Shown here in pieces: positions 7,450 to 15,121 of a DNA stretch of 33,810 bases (position 1 is its first letter; each line of letters opens with the position of its first letter). Location of the stretch: the IMG/VR virus record IMGVR_UViG_3300048041_000145, positions 1 through 33,810 of that record. One strand, 5' to 3'. The stretch is from a virus. Lineage: Duplodnaviria > Caudoviricetes. The translations under genes and the position numbers were made by a program. The notes below the pieces were generated by a model that was not told where the DNA came from, did no database searches, and was given only the letters and a program-made list of their open reading frames with translations.

Positions 7450-7704
7450 TTGAACTTATCATTAATTTTATTTTGGTTTGCGTCTTTTTTATCTCTTTTA
7501 GGTGCTTATTGGATAGCTGAAGGTAATAAAGCAGGTTTTTTAGTGTGGTGTTGCAGCAATCCATTAATTATATTGCAGACTTATTTATCAAATTCATGGA
7601 ATCTTGTTTTTTTATATATTATATTCTGGATTTTAGCTGTAAGGGGTTATACTAAGGGAAGTGTTAATATTGGCGCGAGATGGACTTCATTTTTTGGAAA
7701 GTAA
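7450..7704 (+). CDS. Small 3-TM membrane protein, PnuC-like half transporter
   Basis: Three hydrophobic helices; W...SLLGAYW...GFLVW..SN...Y...AVRGY resembles PnuC-like short proteins. Confidence 0.6.
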   Translation: MNLSLILFWFASFLSLLGAYWIAEGNKAGFLVWCCSNPLIILQTYLSNSWNLVFLYIIFWILAVRGYTKGSVNIGARWTSFFGK

Positions 7705-8410
7705 AAAGAATAGGAATATAATCAAGTCAATGGTTAATAAAAAAGAAGTAAATAATTCAGAGGTGGAAAATGTGGGAAAAGAATTAAATCCTCAGGAATG
7801 TCCGATTTGTGGTGGAGTTAAAAAATCTAATTGGGAAACGTGTATGGAGTGTAAGGAAAGGGAATTCAGGAATTTATTTGATGTTAAATTAAAACCTTTA
7901 TTCGGTGAATATGATGAAATAATTACAAGCTTGATTAAAAGCCAGATTGACAAGCCAGTAGGTTATATTCAAAAGTTAACAGCGTTTCTAATTGATAATA
8001 AACTTTTAAATGTCCGTAGAGATGGTAATAAAAATTATTATACTTTACCTGGAAAAACTGTCGCGGAAGAAATTTCAAAACCAGTTGAAGAAATTAAGTC
8101 TAAAAATAGACCTATTGAATCACCAAAAACAGTTGCAAATACACCAGACCATAGAACTTATGCAGATCCTGAAAATACTCCTAAGACTACTACTCAAATT
8201 CTCCTTATCACTGAATTATTACCAAGTCTTATCAATGCTGCCTTGATAACGATAGATCCTGAGGATAATATCTTAAAAGCTGATTTTCCTCAGCAAAAAT
8301 CATTATTGGACTTATATGAAACATTGCCGAATCATTTGAAAAGCTTAGTTAAACTCCATATCGATCAGGAAAGTACAGTTCAAAAAATTACTATTCCATT
8401 AGAAGGTTAA
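7661..8410 (+). CDS. Zn finger plus winged-helix protein (true start may be GTG 7772)
   Basis: CPICGG...CMEC; TSLIKSQIDKPVGYIQKLTAFLIDNKLLNVRRDGNKNYY is wHTH-like; GAGGTGG SD precedes GTG 7772. Confidence 0.65.
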   Translation: MLILARDGLHFLESKKNRNIIKSMVNKKEVNNSEVENVGKELNPQECPICGGVKKSNWETCMECKEREFRNLFDVKLKPLFGEYDEIITSLIKSQIDKPVGYIQKLTAFLIDNKLLNVRRDGNKNYYTLPGKTVAEEISKPVEEIKSKNRPIESPKTVANTPDHRTYADPENTPKTTTQILLITELLPSLINAALITIDPEDNILKADFPQQKSLLDLYETLPNHLKSLVKLHIDQESTVQKITIPLEG

Positions 8411-8437
8411 AATCTAATTTCTTTAGGGGCGGTGATT

Positions 8438-8902
8438 ATGATAGATTGTAATACAGATCCGGGAAGACCTGTAGGTATGTTATTAAATTTATATAAAAAT
8501 CCACAAAAAGGGGAATCTAAAAAACTTCAAGAAGATGCGAAACAGCAGCAGAGGTTATATGAACGGTTGAATTATGTTAATTATGTCGCTGAGGAGTTGA
8601 ATATAAAGAATCACAGAAAAAGGATTAGACATATCATTAAAAATTTGGATAGTTTGAATGATTTATGTAAGCGTTGTAAATGGCAGACAATTGTAATTGC
8701 TATTGCTTTTTATGTGAAATGTTATTATCATAATTGCAAAACTAGCCAGATACATAGATATAAAGTATGTAGGGAGAATGATTTAACCCTTTCCACTTAT
8801 TCTATGATTGTTACACGCTTGGCTGCTCAATTCCAGACCAATATATACTTATCCCCACTGTGTCCTACAGAGAAAGTAAAGAACAGTTCAATGTTGATGT
8901 AG
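8438..8902 (+). CDS. Protein resembling a TFB/TFIIB cyclin-fold repeat
   Basis: NYVAEELNI...RHII...LCKRCKWQTIVIAIAFYVK resembles the TFB core repeat pattern (..L.L......IY......L..GRS.E.IVAA..Y); GGTGAT SD before ATG 8438. Confidence 0.5.
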   Translation: MIDCNTDPGRPVGMLLNLYKNPQKGESKKLQEDAKQQQRLYERLNYVNYVAEELNIKNHRKRIRHIIKNLDSLNDLCKRCKWQTIVIAIAFYVKCYYHNCKTSQIHRYKVCRENDLTLSTYSMIVTRLAAQFQTNIYLSPLCPTEKVKNSSMLM

Positions 8903-8909
8903 TTTTCTC

Positions 8910-9368
8910 ATGATAAGCTTATCAAAATTAAAGGGGGACATTACACCCCTTGGACATGGTGGAATGCAAACAGTTGGAAACAAACCTAAACATCACTTTA
9001 AATATAACCATGAATGGTTAAAAAAAGTGTTAAATAAGGAATGCCCCGATTGTGAAGAACAGATGACTAAAAAGGGCATTATAAGAAGCTGTACTAATTG
9101 CACATTGAAAATATATGGAAGCCCCATGCTGGTAGCTTATGATAAAATAACCATAATAAATCCTTATTACCTCGTAACTAAAGACCACTGCCCAGATTGT
9201 AATGGAACAGAATTTGAAGAAATATATAAACATGGCAACACTGTTTGTAAAAGCTGTGGATTGGTACTCGCAGGACCTGCTGACAATGATATTATATATC
9301 CTTGGCATTTGAATTTCTATGACACTGAACCCAAAAATCAGAAGAAAGTATTTATACAAAAGAATTGA
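8910..9368 (+). CDS. TFIIB-type zinc-ribbon protein (two Zn ribbons)
   Basis: CPDCNGTEFEEIYKHGNTVCKSCGLVL matches the TFIIB Zn ribbon; a second CPDC...CTNC lies upstream. Confidence 0.75.
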   Translation: MISLSKLKGDITPLGHGGMQTVGNKPKHHFKYNHEWLKKVLNKECPDCEEQMTKKGIIRSCTNCTLKIYGSPMLVAYDKITIINPYYLVTKDHCPDCNGTEFEEIYKHGNTVCKSCGLVLAGPADNDIIYPWHLNFYDTEPKNQKKVFIQKN

Positions 9369-9529
9369 CTTTGACGGAACTTACGAGTTTCTTCAATTGA
9401 ATCACCATATAAGGGGGATAGGTTTTTTTTTACTACTCGCTCAACATCTTTTTTCCTATCCCCTAAACTTTTAAAAGTTTTAATCAAAAATTCACGGTTA
9501 GGAAACTGTTTTATTTAGGAGGCGGTAAA

Positions 9530-10012
9530 ATAGTTAAAGAAATTTCATTAACACAGGATAAAATTGCTTTAGTCGATGATGAAGACTTTAATTTTTTAAA
9601 CCAATATAAATGGTTTGCTAAAAAAGATTCTAATAATGTATATTATGCATGTAGAAATGGAAGTCGTTCTAAAAAACCTAGACCATATTATAGGATGCAT
9701 AGATGCATTTCTAATGCTACAGATGGTCAAGAATGTGATCATATTAATGGAGATGGACTTGACAACCGTCGCTGTAATTTAAGAATCGTAACGAGAAGAC
9801 AGAATACTCAGAATAGACATGATGAAAGGTTTAGTAAATATCCTGGGGTAGTTAACAGTAAGAATGGATTTCGTGCTGTTATTAATATTAAGGGCAAAAA
9901 TAAATATTTAGGTAGTTTTAAAAAAACCCCAAAAGGTGAAAAGAAAGCATTTGAAGCTTATAAAAATGCCGTCCATAAATTAACAGGTGAGAAGTTGATT
10001 TGTGAATTATAG
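9530..10012 (+). CDS. HNH homing endonuclease with AP2-like C-terminal domain (probable ATA start)
   Basis: The frame upstream of the track ATG 9695 encodes the conserved KEISLTQDKIALVDDEDFNFLNQYKW; MHR...DHINGDGLDNRRCNLR (HNH); SKYPGV...KYLGSF (AP2). GGAGG at 9518-9522 precedes ATA 9530. Confidence 0.88.
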   Translation: MVKEISLTQDKIALVDDEDFNFLNQYKWFAKKDSNNVYYACRNGSRSKKPRPYYRMHRCISNATDGQECDHINGDGLDNRRCNLRIVTRRQNTQNRHDERFSKYPGVVNSKNGFRAVINIKGKNKYLGSFKKTPKGEKKAFEAYKNAVHKLTGEKLICEL

Positions 10013-10019
10013 ATATCAT

Positions 10020-10520
10020 AAATTCATGGTCGGAAAACTGTTTTATTTGGAGACGGTTTTAATACATCACTTTTTAAAAAAGGGTGCATCCAAATTATTA
10101 ATTCACAGAATTTACTGGCATTTGTATAATCAAATGACTAAAAAACCCTGTTTTACATTAAAAATAGGTAATTGTGTAAATTTTTCCTTCCCTTCGGGGA
10201 AGGTTTAAACTCATCAATTCATTGATGAGATAGCTTTTTCTGCAATAAAAAGCCGATCTTAGATCACTTTGTGAGTGCTCTTTACTGCCATTTAGAGCAC
10301 CTCCTCATTTTTAAAACCCTGTATGAGAGATTAATCACCTCTGTTTTACATGCCATTATGGGGTTTTAATATTTAGTCTTACATCTGATAAACCCCCAAA
10401 CCACCTACTATTTTACCTTACTCCAGATGTAGATATGGGTTTTAAGGACTTTCTCACCCTTAAAAACCTTTTTTTTTAATTCTCATTAAATTATCAAAAC
10501 AACTTCATCAATTGATGAAA
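10020..10520 (+). ncRNA. Hairpin-dense non-coding region, candidate ncRNA(s)
   Basis: At least nine consecutive stem-loops, including C(TTCG)G at 10186-10203; G-U pairs favour the plus strand; several loops carry anti-SD sequences. Confidence 0.5.
10504..10519. promoter_or_regulatory. Perfect 16-bp palindrome TTCATCAATTGATGAA (operator-like)
   Basis: Related to CTCATCAAT-TC-ATTGATGAG at 10210-10229; about 40 bp upstream of the first late-region gene. Confidence 0.45.
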
Positions 10521-10558
10521 AATTTTTGCAAAAATATAAAACCTTTGGAGGTATAAAA

Positions 10559-11128
10559 ATGACAAAATTTGAAAATAACACTGTACAAGTGATAGGAATA
10601 GGTGGAATAGCTGCCATAGGAATTGTAGCTTTGATCACCGGAAATAGTAATATAGGTTTAGTTGTAGTTTCCGGTATTATAGGCTATCTGACAGCTCCAG
10701 CAGTTGGGAAAGCAGCCCCAGTGCTAGCAGCAGCGCTGCCAATTACACCAGTAGTTGATGAAACACCGGTAACTGATGGGGATGCATCAGATGATAATGT
10801 GGTAGTTCCAGATGCAGATTCCAGTGTAATAACAGATCCAACGATAGGTTCAACAACTGGTAATGGTGATGCAGCACAAGTTCAAACTCCAGTTGTTATA
10901 AACCCAAATGATGTAATTACACAGGCAATAAACCTTGTACAAAACAACCCAACATTACTTAATGATATAATAAATGTAGTAGGTGTCGTTTCAGGTGACC
11001 AGAACTTATTAGGCCAAGTGCAAACTGTCCTGAATAATAGTAATGGTGATTTGAAATTGATAACTAATGGAATTGCAGCTGTTAAAAATTTAATTCCAAA
11101 TGATAATACCGTTCCAGTTGGGGCCTGA
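10559..11128 (+). CDS. Membrane protein (2 N-terminal TM, acidic linker, helical C-terminal domain); holin-like candidate
   Basis: GGAGGT SD before ATG 10559; VIGIGGIAAIGIVALI and IGLVVVSGIIGYL; C-terminal domain shared with the 11255 protein. Confidence 0.7.
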   Translation: MTKFENNTVQVIGIGGIAAIGIVALITGNSNIGLVVVSGIIGYLTAPAVGKAAPVLAAALPITPVVDETPVTDGDASDDNVVVPDADSSVITDPTIGSTTGNGDAAQVQTPVVINPNDVITQAINLVQNNPTLLNDIINVVGVVSGDQNLLGQVQTVLNNSNGDLKLITNGIAAVKNLIPNDNTVPVGA

Positions 11129-11132
11129 TTAT

Positions 11133-11249
11133 TTGATATTTCTTAACTCCACATACAAATCAAATCCTTTTAAGAAATATGAAGATGATTTTAATGAATT
11201 CGTGAATGATGCATATATAAGTGATATAAAACGGAAAATTGAGGAATGA
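11133..11249 (+). CDS. Small hypothetical protein (38 aa, not in ORF track)
   Basis: TTG 11133 to TGA 11249 fills the gap between flanking genes. Confidence 0.35.
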   Translation: MIFLNSTYKSNPFKKYEDDFNEFVNDAYISDIKRKIEE

Positions 11250-11254
11250 TATTT

Positions 11255-11812
11255 ATGGTTTTAACTCAAACACAAATAAATGGATTACAAACACAATACA
11301 CTGCTATGAGTGCAGCAGCTAAAGCTAATTTTGTAACCGCAATCTCAGCGGCCGCATCACCGAATGATGTAGTTGTAGCGGTGAAAGCAGTGGAAGATGA
11401 ATTGGATGCTTTAGATTATTTAAATGATGTGATTAACAGGGAACAAGAATTAGTAGATGCATCAGGTAATACTGATGATGATAGTGATTCGGATAGTACA
11501 ACTGCAACAACTGATCCAACAGTAACAGCTGATCCGAATGTAACACCAGCAGCCGACCCCAACGCCACAGCACCAATAACCGATCCAAATGCAACTTCAA
11601 CTCCGGCTGACCCTAATGCAGCAGCTACAAGTGCACCGGATGCGACTACAACGCCACAGGCACCGGTACTGCAAGATGTGATAAATAAAGCAACCAGTGT
11701 TGTAACTGCTAACCCTGCATTATTGCAGGATATTGTTAATGTCGCAGGATCAGTTCAATCAAATCCGGAATTACTCCAGAAAATTAGTGACGCGCTTAAA
11801 TCCAACTTTTAA
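11255..11812 (+). CDS. Acidic protein with (T/A)DPN linker repeats and a C-terminal domain paralogous to 10559..11128
   Basis: TDPTVTADPNVTPAADPNATAPITDPNATSTPADPNA; QDVINKATSVVTANPALLQDIVNVAG. Confidence 0.75.
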   Translation: MVLTQTQINGLQTQYTAMSAAAKANFVTAISAAASPNDVVVAVKAVEDELDALDYLNDVINREQELVDASGNTDDDSDSDSTTATTDPTVTADPNVTPAADPNATAPITDPNATSTPADPNAAATSAPDATTTPQAPVLQDVINKATSVVTANPALLQDIVNVAGSVQSNPELLQKISDALKSNF

Positions 11813-11867
11813 AAAAGTTGGAACAAAACTATTTTTTTTTAAATATATTCTATAAGGCGGCGGTAGG

Positions 11868-12491
11868 GTGGAAAATATACATGAATCTGATAATAAATCA
11901 TTCTTATGTCCTTACGAAGGAACACGACAAAAGATAATTACGAAAGTTGAATTCCTCCAGCGTGATTGTGAAAATAATGAAAAGGACATTAAAGCGATAA
12001 CGGAAAAATTAGAGGAGAACCACGATCTTCTTCTTGATGTAAAAAAAGACGTGGCTATAAAGAAACGTTTGAATGGTAAAAGGGATAAAATTATAGATGA
12101 GTTGGGGATACAAGCTGAAGAGAATAGGAGAATTGCGAAAGATGATGATATAACGCTTGGAGATAAAGTTCAAGTGATGCATGAGCAGTTAAATGAGATT
12201 GGAACGGAAATTAGGATTATGAAAGAAACCCGTGAAGCACTTGAAAAAGAAGAGAATAAAAAAAAAGAAGAATTAAGGAATCAGAAAGAGGATGAGAATA
12301 TAGAACGAAGTATTAAACAGCACATCCAAAATCTGAACTGGACTAAAATAATAATAATATTAACTATTATTGCATTGATTGTAGCATTCTTTGGAGCGTT
12401 ATATGGTTATTTTGGGCAGAACAGCAGAGTAGCTCCTAATGAAACTATATTACTGATTTATTCTTATTTTAAAATAGCAGCTTTAATGTGA
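11868..12491 (+). CDS. Coiled-coil protein with C-terminal TM helix
   Basis: E/K-rich heptads followed by IIIILTIIALIVAFFGALYGYF. Confidence 0.75.
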   Translation: MENIHESDNKSFLCPYEGTRQKIITKVEFLQRDCENNEKDIKAITEKLEENHDLLLDVKKDVAIKKRLNGKRDKIIDELGIQAEENRRIAKDDDITLGDKVQVMHEQLNEIGTEIRIMKETREALEKEENKKKEELRNQKEDENIERSIKQHIQNLNWTKIIIILTIIALIVAFFGALYGYFGQNSRVAPNETILLIYSYFKIAALM

Positions 12492-12496
12492 TTTTT

Positions 12497-12712
12497 ATGG
12501 ATGATAAAATTGTTCAAGAGTTTAAGGAAGTAAGACAGGATATAGCAAATTCTAATGAGAGGATTAAAGCATTAGAAACTCAAGGAACTACAGAAGATGC
12601 GGTTCAAGAAGATTACTCGCAGGAAAAACAGTGGAATACATCTAACATTATAGCTTTCAGTGGCTGGATATTCTTAGTCGCGTATATTTTATTTAACTAT
12701 TTCCATCTTTAA
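12497..12712 (+). CDS. Small coiled-coil plus TM protein (XhlA/holin-like architecture)
   Basis: NERIKALETQ followed by IIAFSGWIFLVAYILF; holin role inferred from architecture and position. Confidence 0.6.
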   Translation: MDDKIVQEFKEVRQDIANSNERIKALETQGTTEDAVQEDYSQEKQWNTSNIIAFSGWIFLVAYILFNYFHL

Positions 12713-12723
12713 GGTGAAATACA

Positions 12724-12945
12724 ATGATAAAATTAACTCTTACCTGTGAAAACCCTAAATGCGCATTAACACTCACAGTTGAATCAAAAGATAAGAAATC
12801 AGCATCTGCAATCTATGACTATGGAAAAGTGAGTAAAGTCTCAGGTAAGGTAAGAGAGTTTAATTGTTTAATGTGCGGGCATCCACTAGTTAAAGCAGGT
12901 ATTAAACCTTCAAAAATATTATCAGATTCAAGGACAATTTGGTAA
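12724..12945 (+). CDS. Zn-finger protein
   Basis: CENPKC...CLMCG; AGGTGA SD. Confidence 0.7.
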   Translation: MIKLTLTCENPKCALTLTVESKDKKSASAIYDYGKVSKVSGKVREFNCLMCGHPLVKAGIKPSKILSDSRTIW

Positions 12946-13069
12946 TCCAAATGAATGAAAGAAATAATGAATTTCCAACAGCTCAAGATCACCTAAATTT
13001 TCTAAAATATTTAAAATGTCGTTGCAGTAGAATTGATAAAAATATGAACAAAAAATGAACGGTGTTTAG

Positions 13070-13633
13070 ATGGTGAATTATAATTGGGAAACCATAAAAA
13101 GACAATATATACAGGGAATTACACCTGAAGACGGTGATAAATACTACCCTAGTTATCAAGACCTTGTAGATAAACACGGTTGCAGTAAAGGAGCTATAAC
13201 ATCACATTCAAAAAAAGACAAAGATGGACCTTGGGATAAGCAACGTGAACGATATATTGCTAAAGTTGAACGAAAAACAGAGGAAAAAAAATCTGAAATT
13301 GAAGCTGAAAGTGTTGTTGAATCTGATCTTAAATTTGAAGGTACAGGTGAAAAACTTCGTAAAGGTGTTGAATTAAAGATTGATGAATGTATAGAAATTT
13401 TAGAAAATAATGATCCTGATGATAGGAGATTTGTTAAAGCTTCTGATTTTAAATATCTTGGTGATGGGTTAAGAGATGCTCAAGAAACCATTAAAATAGC
13501 TCAAGGTGAAATAAGTGAAAGGATTAGAATTGAAACTCCTAAATCAAACGATGAACTATTAAATGATCCTGATTATGTTCAAGCCAAAAGTAAAGCGATG
13601 AATGATTATTATGCCAAAAGGAGAAAAGAATAA
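13070..13633 (+). CDS. terS: Terminase small subunit (putative)
   Basis: N-terminal HTH (NWETIKRQYIQG...SYQDLVDKHGCSKGAI...W), coiled coil, overlaps terL. Confidence 0.75.
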   Translation: MVNYNWETIKRQYIQGITPEDGDKYYPSYQDLVDKHGCSKGAITSHSKKDKDGPWDKQRERYIAKVERKTEEKKSEIEAESVVESDLKFEGTGEKLRKGVELKIDECIEILENNDPDDRRFVKASDFKYLGDGLRDAQETIKIAQGEISERIRIETPKSNDELLNDPDYVQAKSKAMNDYYAKRRKE

Positions 13634-15116
13634 CACTCCACTTGACTTATGGGATTTCAGTAAAATAGTTACCTATGGACACTGGGATCCAGTTCCACAT
13701 CTAAATGTTATAATTGAATTTATACATTATGCCCTGGCAGGTCAATTAGAAAATTTTATGTGTGCATTATCCCCAAGATTAGGGAAGTCCATGCTAATGT
13801 CGGAGATTTTCCCGGCTTATTATCTTGGTATGCGACCTTATGCGAAGGTTATACTCGTATCATATAGTGATGAATTGAGTAGACGGTTTGGAGAAAAGGC
13901 ACGTAATACATTTAAAGAGTTTGGATATTTATTTGATCCACATATTAAGTTAAGTCCAGATACACAAAGTAAAAGCCGCTGGACAATTAATGGTAATACG
14001 GGTGAATTTTATTGTAGCAGTACTAGAGGTGGAGTTTTAGGCCGCGGTGGTAATCTTATAGTAATAGATGACCCTACTAAGAATATGGAAGAGGCCCGTT
14101 CTAGTAGGCATCAAGAAGAGTTACGTTCACTATTTGATACTGCTATTACTACTAGAAAAGAGAAAGACCCTGTTACAGGTCAGAATGCTATTGTATTTGT
14201 TTTACATCAAAGATTAGATGAGAATGATTTAATAGGCATTATTTCAGAAAAAGAAGAATGGATTACTGCTGAAGAAGCACTGCCAAGATTGAGAAACGGA
14301 GAGAAGTTAGGCAGCACATGGGTTTATTTACGTTTACCGGAATTAGCTGAAGAAGAGGATATGTTAGGCCGTCTTCCAGGTGAAGCATTATGGCCTGATA
14401 AAAGAGATGAAAAAAAGTTAGCTGAAATAGCTAAAAATATTGGTGAAAGACAATTTAATGCAATCCACCAACAGGATCCTAAACCTAAACAGGGTCAATA
14501 TTTTAATGAAGATTATTTTGAAGTAATTGAAATCAAACCGACTAATGTCGTTGAAGAGATTCAATGGTGGGATTTGGCAGCTACTAGTTATCCTGATGAT
14601 ATGCCCCTATCTCAAAGAGGAGCTGCAACTGCATCGGTAAGGTTGGCATTAACAGCTGATAGAAAGCTTGTTGTAACTGACCTTCAAGAATTCTGGAAGG
14701 AATCTGAAGATGTGCAAACAGAGATAATTAACAATGCAAAAATAGCTGGTAAAGGTATTAAGCAACGTATACCACAAGATCCTGGTCAAGCTTCCAAGGG
14801 CCAAATTAAAACTTATAGCATACATTTACCTGGACATAATTTTAATGGAATAATTGAAAGTGGAAGTAAAGAAGACCGAGCCGAACCGGTCGGAAACTGG
14901 GCTAAAATTAATAAAATATATATTCTAAATAAGGATGTTTTAGCAGCTGATGACCAAACTCCAATTATTAAACGGTTTATTAAGCAATGTGCTAATTTTC
15001 CAACCGGTAAACAAAAAGATTTTGTAGATGCTCTTAGTGGAGCTTATTCTGAATTAGAGATTCCAGAAGAAGAAGAAGATGTAACCCCGTTTGTGGGTAC
15101 AGTACCGTTATGGTGA
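13602..15116 (+). CDS. terL: Terminase large subunit
   Basis: Walker A SPRLGKS, Walker B LIVIDDP, nuclease WWDLAA...GSKEDRAEPV...FPTGKQKDFVDALSG (psiM2 ORF9/Terminase_6C type). Confidence 0.95.
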   Translation: MIIMPKGEKNNTPLDLWDFSKIVTYGHWDPVPHLNVIIEFIHYALAGQLENFMCALSPRLGKSMLMSEIFPAYYLGMRPYAKVILVSYSDELSRRFGEKARNTFKEFGYLFDPHIKLSPDTQSKSRWTINGNTGEFYCSSTRGGVLGRGGNLIVIDDPTKNMEEARSSRHQEELRSLFDTAITTRKEKDPVTGQNAIVFVLHQRLDENDLIGIISEKEEWITAEEALPRLRNGEKLGSTWVYLRLPELAEEEDMLGRLPGEALWPDKRDEKKLAEIAKNIGERQFNAIHQQDPKPKQGQYFNEDYFEVIEIKPTNVVEEIQWWDLAATSYPDDMPLSQRGAATASVRLALTADRKLVVTDLQEFWKESEDVQTEIINNAKIAGKGIKQRIPQDPGQASKGQIKTYSIHLPGHNFNGIIESGSKEDRAEPVGNWAKINKIYILNKDVLAADDQTPIIKRFIKQCANFPTGKQKDFVDALSGAYSELEIPEEEEDVTPFVGTVPLW

Positions 15117-15121
15117 GTAAT

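Noticed and set aside
10002-10208. Track ORF 10002..10208
   Set aside because: Runs through repeats and hairpins with no protein motif; treated as non-coding, although translation cannot be excluded.
9530-10520. RNA-guided HNH system (IscB/HEARO-like) or group I intron
   Set aside because: The protein is an HNH-AP2 type with no RuvC motifs; no group I core was recognised and no interrupted gene flanks it.
12951-13058. 35-aa ORF before terS
   Set aside because: Fills the gap but has no clear SD or motif; insufficient support.
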